NCBI GenBank assembly: GCA_918234285.1
Contig: CAKJXZ020000063.1
Coordinates: 1 to 42,724 of the forward strand
Source: Pseudomonadota bacterium
GTDB taxonomy: Bacteria > Pseudomonadota > Alphaproteobacteria > RF32 > CAG-239
Reading direction: 5' to 3'
Length of the DNA: 42,724 nucleotides
Part shown: piece after piece, positions 17,139-25,147 of the stretch
Position numbering within the stretch: position 1 is the stretch's first letter
Layout of the letters: each line of letters begins with the position of its first letter
The notes under the pieces: generated by a model
What the model was told of the DNA's origin: nothing
What the model saw: the letters and a program-made list of their open reading frames with translations, nothing else
Database searches by the model: none
Translations under genes and position numbers: made by a program

Positions 17139-18449
17139 ATGTTAAATAGACGTGTTTTGTTGGGATGCGGATGTTTGCTTTCCGTATTGGCTTTGGGGGC
17201 ATGCACCAAAAAGGAATTACCGGTCGGTACACGTATTTCGGTATTGACCGAGTCAACCGCAATTAAACCTGATGTGGCCAATGGTTCGGCGCAAATCAAA
17301 ATCGGTGCCACGTCTTCGGGAGATTGGCTGCAGAAAGAGGCCAACGCGCGCCACGTAATGCCAAATGCTTCGGTCAGTACCGATTTTGCTAAACAATGGA
17401 AGTCGGATTTCGGTACCGGAAGCTCCAAACGTGAGGTATTGATGGCACGTCCGCTCGTCAAGAATAATACGGTTTACACTCTGGATGCCGAGGGCCGCTT
17501 AAGCGCCTTCAATCTGGCCGACGGCAAGAATTTATGGCAGGTGGAATTGATTGCCGAGAACGGTAATGTCGGCGATATGGCGCTTAAAGGCGTAGGTCTT
17601 GCCATTGAAAAGAACACAATTTACATCACCACCGGATTCGGAGTAGTTGTTGCCGCCAAAACCGAGGATGGCAGCAAGGTTTGGGAAAGGAATTTGGGAA
17701 TGCCGCTCAGAATCGCCCCGACTGTGGCTGACGGCAAGGTATTTGTACAAAGTGCCGACAATCATTTCTTTGCTTTGAGTGCCGTCGACGGCAGTGTGTT
17801 GTGGGATTATGATATTGCCATGGAAAATACTACTTTGATGGGTGGTGCCATGGCCGCATACAGCAAAACCAACGATATGGTTATCGCCGGATTTTCCAAC
17901 GGCGAAGCACAGGCATTCGGCGCCAACATCGGTACGCCTTTATGGTCAACCGATTTGGTGGAAAACAGCTATGCTTATTCATCGACTTATTTGCACACCA
18001 TCAAGGCATCACCGATTATTGACGATAACATAGTCTACCTGTTGGGCAGTGCCGATGTATTTACGGCGATTGATATGCGCAGCGGCGCGCCGAAGTGGCA
18101 GAAAAAAATCGGCGGTACTTTAACGCCGGTGCTGTCGGGCAATACTTTGTTTGTGGTTACCAATAACAATGAGCTGATTGCCGTTGATAAAGAAAAAGGC
18201 AACGTATTGTGGGCCACACCGCTTGATTTGGGTAAAAAAGCCGCCAAAATCACGGTTCATGCACCGGTTATGTTAAATAATCAGTTGGTAGTTGCGCTGT
18301 CCGACGGTAATGTGTTGATTTTCAGCCCGCAAACCGGCAAACAAATAGATAAGTTTGACACGGATGAAGATTTGAACTCGGCACCGATTGCGGCCGGCGG
18401 TTATATTATCTTTACGACCTCAAACGCTAAAATTGTAGCCTATAAATAG
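17139..18449 (+). CDS. bamB: BamB-like PQQ beta-propeller lipoprotein
   Basis: LGAC lipobox, repeated A.D..DG...W blades, located between yfgM and der. Confidence 0.85.
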   Translation: MLNRRVLLGCGCLLSVLALGACTKKELPVGTRISVLTESTAIKPDVANGSAQIKIGATSSGDWLQKEANARHVMPNASVSTDFAKQWKSDFGTGSSKREVLMARPLVKNNTVYTLDAEGRLSAFNLADGKNLWQVELIAENGNVGDMALKGVGLAIEKNTIYITTGFGVVVAAKTEDGSKVWERNLGMPLRIAPTVADGKVFVQSADNHFFALSAVDGSVLWDYDIAMENTTLMGGAMAAYSKTNDMVIAGFSNGEAQAFGANIGTPLWSTDLVENSYAYSSTYLHTIKASPIIDDNIVYLLGSADVFTAIDMRSGAPKWQKKIGGTLTPVLSGNTLFVVTNNNELIAVDKEKGNVLWATPLDLGKKAAKITVHAPVMLNNQLVVALSDGNVLIFSPQTGKQIDKFDTDEDLNSAPIAAGGYIIFTTSNAKIVAYK

Positions 18450-18458
18450 GAGAAAAAC

Positions 18459-19844
18459 GTGCTTAAAGTTGCAGTCATCGGTCGCCCGAATGTCGGAAAG
18501 TCAACGCTGTTTAACCGTTTAGTCGGTAAAAAACTGGCGATTGTGCATGATATGCCAGGGGTAACGCGTGACCGCAAAATGGCACCGGCCAAGTTCAAAG
18601 ATTTGGATTTGGAGGTAATAGATACCGCCGGTTATGAGTATTCTACCACCGACAATATGGAAAGCAGAATGTGGCTGCAAACGCAAATGGCTATTGCCGA
18701 AGCGGATGTATGTTTGTTTTTATTTGATGCCCGTGCCGGTGTGCAACCATACGACGAACAGTTTGCCGATTTGGTACGACGCACGCATAAACCGGTAATT
18801 CTGCTGGCTAATAAATGTGAAGGCAAACAGCAGGAAAACGGTATCGGTGAAGCTTATAAACTCGGTCTCGGCGATCCGATTATTTTTTCGGCGGAGCACG
18901 GCATCGGTTTTGATTCTCTTTATGTGGAGCTGATGCAAATTGATGAGGCTAAAAAGGAAAAAGCGGCGGCAACTCCGACCGTGGCAACCATCGGTACGAT
19001 TCCCGAAGATTTCGAGCCGATAAAGGATAACCGCCCGATTCAAGTGGCGTTTGTCGGTCGTCCGAATGTCGGTAAATCGACTCTGGTCAATGCGTTGCTT
19101 GGAGAAAATCGCATGCTGACCGGTCCGGAAGCCGGTATGACCCGTGATGCCATTACCACCGAATGGACTTGGCAGGGACATAAATTTAATCTGGTGGATA
19201 CCGCCGGTTTGCGTCGCCAATCCAAAGTAGTCAACAGTTTGGAAAAAATGTCGGTAGAAAGCACCAAATATGCGGCCAATATGGCGCAGGTAGTGGTGTT
19301 GGTTTTAGATGCCGATGCGGTTTTGGATAAGCAGGATTTGACTATTGCCCGCAATGTGTTGGACGAGGGCAGGGCACTGGTTATCGCCGTCAATAAGTGG
19401 GATATTGCCAAGCGCAAAGAGGCTCTGGAAAAACTCAATTATAAATTGGAAACTTCGTTGACGCAGGCTGCCGGTGTGCCGACCGTTACGATTTCGGCTC
19501 TCAAAAAAGAGGGGTTGGATAAACTGATGCGCGCGCTTATAAAGGTTTATGAGCGGTGGAACATGCGCATTCCGACTGCGCCGCTCAATAAATGGTTTGC
19601 CGATGTGCAGGAGCAAAATCCGGCGCCGCTCGGCAAAAATAAGCGTCGCATAAAACTGAAATACATCACACAGGCGAAAATACGTCCGCCGTCGTTTTAT
19701 ATTTTTTCGAGCAATCCGGAAGGTTTACCGGAGTCGTATTTCCGCTATTTACTCAACAGTTTGCGCCAGACTTTCAATATGGGTGGAATTCCGATTCGCA
19801 TTACCGTACGCAAGGCGGATAACCCGTACGCGGATAAAAAATAA
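18459..19844 (+). CDS. der: Ribosome biogenesis GTPase Der (EngA)
   Basis: Two GRPNVGKS P-loops, DTAG motifs, NKCE/NKWD and a KH-like C-terminus. GTG start. Confidence 0.98.
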   Translation: MLKVAVIGRPNVGKSTLFNRLVGKKLAIVHDMPGVTRDRKMAPAKFKDLDLEVIDTAGYEYSTTDNMESRMWLQTQMAIAEADVCLFLFDARAGVQPYDEQFADLVRRTHKPVILLANKCEGKQQENGIGEAYKLGLGDPIIFSAEHGIGFDSLYVELMQIDEAKKEKAAATPTVATIGTIPEDFEPIKDNRPIQVAFVGRPNVGKSTLVNALLGENRMLTGPEAGMTRDAITTEWTWQGHKFNLVDTAGLRRQSKVVNSLEKMSVESTKYAANMAQVVVLVLDADAVLDKQDLTIARNVLDEGRALVIAVNKWDIAKRKEALEKLNYKLETSLTQAAGVPTVTISALKKEGLDKLMRALIKVYERWNMRIPTAPLNKWFADVQEQNPAPLGKNKRRIKLKYITQAKIRPPSFYIFSSNPEGLPESYFRYLLNSLRQTFNMGGIPIRITVRKADNPYADKK

Positions 19845-19881
19845 AAATTAAGTAAGAAAAGCGTTATTAGAAACGGATATG

Positions 19882-20001
19882 CGTCATTCTGAGTGAAGTG
19901 CTAACGAAACGAAGAAACCATATCGTTTCTCAAGAAACGATGTGATGCTTTGCATCACTGGATCCTTCACAACGACACAGATGTGTCTGTTCAGGATGAC
20001 G
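19882..20001. repeat. Multibranched palindromic element with GTCAT...ATGAC ends (REP/MITE-like)
   Basis: cgtcattctga/tcaggatgacg termini. Inner hairpins atcgtttct/agaaacgat, gtgatgc/gcatcac and gacaca/tgtgtc, plus a gtgaag/cttcac pairing. Confidence 0.7.
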
Positions 20002-20067
20002 ATAAGACAATGTGTTAACAATATAAAATACTTTTCTTTACTTGCGCCAAAATAAAATTACTGCATG

Positions 20068-20108
20068 AAAAAAGGAACCCGCCGGCCTAGCCGGCGGGTT
20101 CCTTTTTT
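20068..20108. terminator. Bidirectional intrinsic terminator
   Basis: aaaaaaggaacccgccggc-cta-gccggcgggttcctttttt between convergent genes. Confidence 0.9.
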
Positions 20109-20122
20109 GTAGTATTTGCAAA

Positions 20123-20530
20123 TTAATATCTTTGCTGATTTATCGTTCTTTGTTGATTAATCGGCAGAGTATCCTGCACCTTTTGGTTACGGGCATAGCG
20201 ATCGAGTTTTTCGCTCCAATTGTCTTGCGAAACGTAGAAAATACCGCAAGCAACGACAATAGTCATCATCAAAACAATCAAATGTCCGAACGAACTCTTG
20301 AAAGTTGCCCACCAATCAATCTTATTGCTGTTAGGAATATATACGTGCTTTAATAACAGCGCGTAAATCAAACAGATTCCCCACAGCGCAACATAGATAT
20401 AAGGAATGGCAATCAGTTGCCGATAGTTGTGCAACCCGTAATAAAAGATAATATACCCGCTGATACCCAAACCGATGAGTACAACCGGATTCAGCAATAT
20501 ACTAAATATAAGTTTAATAAAAGATCCCAT
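20123..20530 (-). CDS. Hypothetical small multi-pass membrane protein
   Basis: Three to four hydrophobic helices, RBS GGAG, directly downstream of glmM. Confidence 0.75.
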   Translation of the reverse strand: MGSFIKLIFSILLNPVVLIGLGISGYIIFYYGLHNYRQLIAIPYIYVALWGICLIYALLLKHVYIPNSNKIDWWATFKSSFGHLIVLMMTIVVACGIFYVSQDNWSEKLDRYARNQKVQDTLPINQQRTINQQRY

Positions 20531-20563
20531 CTGATTTCTCCGTTAAATATTTATACCTATATG

Positions 20564-21907
20564 TTAAGCACATTTATTGATACAATCAAGCATAATTTTT
20601 GCTTGTTCCGCGGCAATTTCGGCATTTTCATCTTCGATTTTAAGTCGCAGCACCGGTTCCGTGCCCGATTTGCGAATAATCAGCGAGCCGTGTCCGTTTA
20701 AATTGGCATTGACTTCATCAATACATTTTTTGACTTCGGCATTATCTAAAATTTTGCCGATAATTTCTTTGTTTTCAAAGCGCAGGTTATGGGCCTGAGT
20801 CGGGAATGGTTGAAATACCGGAAAGATTTCGCTGACTTTTTTACCGCTTTCTTTAATACCCAAACAAACTACGATTGCCGCCAACATGGCATCACCGGTG
20901 CGAGAATAATCACTCAACACCATGTGGCCGGATTCTTCACCGCCGAGATTACTGCCGACTTCGCGCATTTTTTCGATAACATAGCGTTCACCGACGGCCG
21001 AAGCATAATGTTCCAAACCCAGCGAGCGGATATATTTACCGAGTCCCATGTTGGAATAAAGGGTGGAAACAACCGCATTACCTTTCAATAGATTGTGTTC
21101 TTTAAGATATTTGGCTAAATAGGCAATAATTTGATCACCGTTCAAGCGTTGTCCGTTTTCGTCGCAGATAATGATTCTGTCGCCGTCGCCGTCAACCGCC
21201 ACACCGAGCATACAGCCGTTTTCTGTTACGGTTTTTGCCAGATTCTCGGTATGCTGTGAGCCGCAATTTTCGTTGATGTTGTAGCCGTCCGGAGTATCGG
21301 ATAAGCTGATAACATCGGCGCCGAGGTATTTGAACACATACGGTAAAATATCGGAAAAGGCACCGTTGGCCGAATCAAGTGCGATTTTCATTCCGTGCAG
21401 GGCATCGGCACCGGCCAGGGAGTTAACCGCATCAAAATAATCATCGATTCCGCATTCTGCCGGAATAATATTGCCGATTTTCTGCGGGTCGTAATCCGGT
21501 GTTGCCGTTTCCTGCATCAGTGCTTCCACTTTTGCCGTATCAACATCGGAAAACTTATCGCCGTCGCAGTTGATGAGCTTGATACCGTTATCTTTATACG
21601 GATTATGTGAAGCCGTAATCATAATGCTCATATCAACTTCAAATTCCGGCGTCAGAGTAGTACACAAAGGTGTCGGAATAACTCCCAAATCGAGGACGTC
21701 AACACCTTGTGCCGCAAAACCGGCGGCAAGCGCGCTGAAAATCATCGGGCTCGAAACACGGGTATCGCGAGCAACAGCCACGCGATGGCGAGTATTACAA
21801 AAATGCCGTCCCAACACATTACCCAACTTTAAACAAAAATCAACCGTCAGCGGATAAGTGTTGGCTACTCCGCGCATGCCGTCCGTCCCGAAAAGTTTAT
21901 TAGCCAT
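20564..21907 (-). CDS. glmM: Phosphoglucosamine mutase
   Basis: FGTDGMRG, ITASHNP, DGDGDR, GGEESGH and RKSGTEP. Confidence 0.93.
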   Translation of the reverse strand: MANKLFGTDGMRGVANTYPLTVDFCLKLGNVLGRHFCNTRHRVAVARDTRVSSPMIFSALAAGFAAQGVDVLDLGVIPTPLCTTLTPEFEVDMSIMITASHNPYKDNGIKLINCDGDKFSDVDTAKVEALMQETATPDYDPQKIGNIIPAECGIDDYFDAVNSLAGADALHGMKIALDSANGAFSDILPYVFKYLGADVISLSDTPDGYNINENCGSQHTENLAKTVTENGCMLGVAVDGDGDRIIICDENGQRLNGDQIIAYLAKYLKEHNLLKGNAVVSTLYSNMGLGKYIRSLGLEHYASAVGERYVIEKMREVGSNLGGEESGHMVLSDYSRTGDAMLAAIVVCLGIKESGKKVSEIFPVFQPFPTQAHNLRFENKEIIGKILDNAEVKKCIDEVNANLNGHGSLIIRKSGTEPVLRLKIEDENAEIAAEQAKIMLDCINKCA

Positions 21908-21937
21908 ATTATTCTCTCCTGTTGTTTTTTTTGAGTC

Positions 21938-21967
21938 AAAAAGAGCCGCTTTGCGGGCGGCTCTCTT
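21938..21967 (-). terminator. Intrinsic terminator after the omp gene
   Basis: gagccgc/gcggctc stem preceded by an A-run on +. Confidence 0.65.
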
Positions 21968-21981
21968 AAGACTTAATGATA

Positions 21982-22605
21982 TTAGAATACGTAACGTAAG
22001 CCGCCATAAATTTCGTGTGCTTTAACATCCATTTTGTGGATGGAGCCCATATCATAATAACGGTAGCCGGCATCAATATTGAATTTGTTGGTAACCTTCA
22101 AAGTCAAACCGCCGCCGACAGACCAGGTAAACTTCGTCGGAGTGTTATTATAACCGTCGGTCAAATTATCAACGGTCGTTTGTCCGCCGTAAGTCGAAAT
22201 CATCTTGTCGTGATACTTCATTTTGGTAAAGCCGATACCGGCGCCTACATACGGAGACCACCAGTTATACGGCAGGAAGTCAACGAAATGGTTCCACATA
22301 ACCGAATAAGTTTGGAAATCAGCTTCGGAAGTTACTCCGCCGTCATTAATTGACCATTCGTCTTTATCACGCCAAACATATTCGAGTTCGGTACGATAAT
22401 AGTTATAACGGTAACCCAAAGCACCGCTCATAGTATACAACCATGAATCCAAACCATTCATATCCATGTGGCTCTTTTTGGAATAAGTGTGCTTAACACC
22501 GCCGGCACGAATGCCGACATATAAGCCGTTGCAGTCAGCCATTGCTTCTTGGGCGGCAAAAATCCCCAAAACCAAAGCTGAAGTTGCCAATAACAATTTT
22601 TTCAT
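21982..22605 (-). CDS. 8-stranded outer-membrane beta-barrel (Omp25/opacity-porin-like)
   Basis: Signal peptide ending AMA, PYVGAGIG, IDAGYRY.D.G and terminal GLRYVF. RBS AAGGAG before the ATG at 22605. Confidence 0.88.
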   Translation of the reverse strand: MKKLLLATSALVLGIFAAQEAMADCNGLYVGIRAGGVKHTYSKKSHMDMNGLDSWLYTMSGALGYRYNYYRTELEYVWRDKDEWSINDGGVTSEADFQTYSVMWNHFVDFLPYNWWSPYVGAGIGFTKMKYHDKMISTYGGQTTVDNLTDGYNNTPTKFTWSVGGGLTLKVTNKFNIDAGYRYYDMGSIHKMDVKAHEIYGGLRYVF

Positions 22606-22658
22606 CAGTAAAGCTCCTTTCATACAGTTATTCTGTGCATAAATCTAACCGATAATGC

Positions 22659-22673
22659 TTAAGATTTAATTAA
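22659..22673. promoter_or_regulatory. CtrA-like box TTAA-N7-TTAA
   Basis: ttaa-gatttaa-ttaa in the divergent omp/rnpB intergenic region. Confidence 0.4.
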
Positions 22674-22733
22674 AAGTTGTGAAAAGGCTTAAAAAACATT
22701 GATTTTAAGATAAAATCGGGTTATCTCTTTTAG

Positions 22734-23139
22734 GAAGGCAATCGGATAGCTGCGTCTCGGAAAGGAAAATCCGAAGATGAGGAAAGTCCGGGCTTCACGG
22801 AAACAAGATACCGGATAACGTCCGGCTGGAGCAATCCACGGGAAAGCGCCGCAGAAAATTACCGCCGCGTACATCGCGGTAAGGTTGAAAAGGCGAGGTA
22901 AGAGCTCACCGCGTATGCAGTAATGCGTACGGCAAGGCAAGCCCTATCTGATGTAAGACCAAATTAGGAGGGTTTGATGTTTTTGCATTGAATCACACGG
23001 GGAGTTTCCGCCCCGCTCCAGAGGTAGGTCGCACCAACCAAGCGGAGACGTTTGGTGTAGATGAATAGCTATCGCACGAAATCTTTGCCGTTTACGACAA
23101 AGCAAATTGTGTACAGAACTCGGCTTACAGATTGCCTTC
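22734..23139 (+). ncRNA. rnpB: RNase P RNA (type A)
   Basis: GAGGAAAGTCCGGGC, GGAAAGCGCCGCAGAAA, AGATGAAT and ACAGAACTCGGCTTA conserved regions. P1 helix gaaggcaatc/gattgccttc. Confidence 0.97.
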
Positions 23140-23163
23140 AAAAAAATTTATTGGGAGAGGAAA

Positions 23164-24021
23164 ATGCCGCAAAAAACATTATCGCGTGAAGTTGAAATAA
23201 CCGGAATCGGGTTGCACAGCGGTTGTGAAAGTAAGCTTAAATTTAAACCGGCTTCGGCTGATACGGGGATTGTTTTTGTACGTTCCGATTTGGCCGATAA
23301 TAATCGTTTTCCGGCACTGTATTCGGGGGTGGTCGATACGCGCAATTGCACTTGTTTGGGTAATGCCTCGGGGCAGATTGTCAGCACCATCGAGCATATT
23401 ATGGCAACGTTGGCAATTTTGCAAATCGATAACACCGAAATTGAGGTGAGTGGTCCGGAAGTGCCGATTATGGACGGCAGTGCGAAAGTGTTTTATGAAA
23501 CATTACAAAAAGTGCCGCTGCTGGAACAAAATGCGCCAAAGAAATATTTGCGGATTAAAAAAACGGTAGAGTTTAAAGACGATAAAGGCAATTATGTCGT
23601 TTTGCACCCGTCCGATGCGCTGAAAGTGCATTTTACCATTGATTTTCCGTCAAAAATTGTCGGGCATCAGGAGTTTGACAGTCGAATAACCGAAGATGTT
23701 TTTGCGCAAAAGATTGCTCCGTCACGGACATTCTGCGAAAAATATCAGGTGGACTATCTGCAGTCAATCGGTTTGATTAAAGGCGGTAGTTTAGAAAATG
23801 CCGTGGTTTTAGACGGCGAAACGATTTTAAATGAGGGCGGTTTCAGAGTTGATAATGAGTGTGTCAACCATAAAACTCTGGATTGTATCGGCGATATGCT
23901 GACTTCGGGTTATGCAATTACGGCGGAAGTCGAAGCATTTCACAGCGGACACTTTCACAATAACGAAGTTTTGAAAAAATTATTTGCGAATGCGGAAAAT
24001 TATGAAATAGTTGAGGATTAA
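23164..24021 (+). CDS. lpxC: UDP-3-O-acyl-GlcNAc deacetylase
   Basis: QKTL...GIGLHSG, TIEH, EVPIMDGSA, RTF, GGSLENAVV and HKTLD. Probable start is the ATG at 23164 after RBS GAGG. Confidence 0.95.
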   Translation: MPQKTLSREVEITGIGLHSGCESKLKFKPASADTGIVFVRSDLADNNRFPALYSGVVDTRNCTCLGNASGQIVSTIEHIMATLAILQIDNTEIEVSGPEVPIMDGSAKVFYETLQKVPLLEQNAPKKYLRIKKTVEFKDDKGNYVVLHPSDALKVHFTIDFPSKIVGHQEFDSRITEDVFAQKIAPSRTFCEKYQVDYLQSIGLIKGGSLENAVVLDGETILNEGGFRVDNECVNHKTLDCIGDMLTSGYAITAEVEAFHSGHFHNNEVLKKLFANAENYEIVED

Positions 24022-24022
24022 A

Positions 24023-25147
24023 ATGCAGAAAAAATACGGAATATTACTCGGAATATTAATGTTGAGCGGTTGTGCTTCGGATATTGATATGGATTCGATG
24101 TCGGCCGAAGATTTATATAATCTGGCTTATGAAAATTTAGGCAAGACCAAATATGACAAAGCTGCGGAAATATTCGAAAAGGTTGAAACGGATCACCCGT
24201 ATTCAGGCTGGGCGGTGAAGTCTAAGTTAATGGGTGCATTTGCTCACTATAAAGATGGAAAATACGATGACGCGATTATGTCAATCGATCGTTTTATCAA
24301 ATATCATCCGGGCAACAAGGATGTTCCGTATGCACTGTATTTGAAGGGTATGTGCTATTATGACCAGATTTCATCGGCAGATAAAGATCAGGGTGATACC
24401 GCTATGGCTGCCGATACTTTCGGGCGTTTAATCGCACTGTATCCGGACAGCAAATATGCCCAAGATGCCATGGGTAAAATGAACCTGACCGAGGATTATA
24501 AGGCCGGACAGGAAATGATTATTGCCCGTTATTATCTGAACGAAGGTAACTATTTGTCGGCACTCAGTCGTTTTAATGTAATTCTTGAAGAATATCAGAC
24601 CACTATTCAAATTGAAGAAGCACTGTATCGCGAAGTTGAAATTTATGCAATTTTGGGACTTAACAGTTATGCCGACGGATATTATAAAATTTTGCAAAAG
24701 AATTATCCGGATGGAAAATGGACGGCCAAAGCAGCTAAAATTATGGATAAAATCGGTAAGGATAAGCAATCGGGGGTAACCTCTTTGGCAACGGATATCA
24801 AGACCGAAAAAGCGGTTGAAAAGACCGAAGAAAAAGCGGAAGAAAAGAAAGGCTGGTTCAGCGGTTGGTTCGGCTCCGATAAAAAATCTGCCGAGCCGGA
24901 AGAAGTAACCGAGGCTAAAGAAGCGGTTGCCGAAACCGAAGAAAAAACGGAAGAAAAGAAAGGCTGGTTCAGCGGTTGGTTCGGCTCCGATAAAAAATCT
25001 GCCGAGCCGGAAGAAGTAGCCGCGGCCAAAGAAGAGGCCAAAGCGGTTGCTGTGGAAACCGAGGAAAAGGCAGAGGAGAAAAAAGGCTGGTTTAGCGGAT
25101 TGTTCAGCGGCGGAACTTTGGTAGACAGCGGGGAAGGTGCCGAATAA
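24023..25147 (+). CDS. bamD: BamD lipoprotein with a C-terminal repeat extension
   Basis: LSGC lipobox, HPYS.W, RFIKYHP...VPYALYLKG and IARYY. Position lpxC-bamD-recN. Confidence 0.93.
   Translation: MQKKYGILLGILMLSGCASDIDMDSMSAEDLYNLAYENLGKTKYDKAAEIFEKVETDHPYSGWAVKSKLMGAFAHYKDGKYDDAIMSIDRFIKYHPGNKDVPYALYLKGMCYYDQISSADKDQGDTAMAADTFGRLIALYPDSKYAQDAMGKMNLTEDYKAGQEMIIARYYLNEGNYLSALSRFNVILEEYQTTIQIEEALYREVEIYAILGLNSYADGYYKILQKNYPDGKWTAKAAKIMDKIGKDKQSGVTSLATDIKTEKAVEKTEEKAEEKKGWFSGWFGSDKKSAEPEEVTEAKEAVAETEEKTEEKKGWFSGWFGSDKKSAEPEEVAAAKEEAKAVAVETEEKAEEKKGWFSGLFSGGTLVDSGEGAE
24811..25110 (+). repeat. Coding tandem repeat, 3x EEKKGWFSG(W/L)F
   Basis: ggctgg anchors at 24851, 24962 and 25085 (periods 111 and 123 bp). 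The first two units are nearly identical in DNA. Confidence 0.9.

Noticed and set aside
19882-20001. Cloverleaf-like fold as a tRNA
   Set aside because: No T-loop GTTCRA, D-loop GG or 7-nt anticodon loop, and it is too long.
22689-23141. ORFs 22689-22940 and 22944-23141 (-), and the 23107 start for lpxC
   Set aside because: They overlap the RNase P RNA. lpxC has a better ATG with RBS at 23164.
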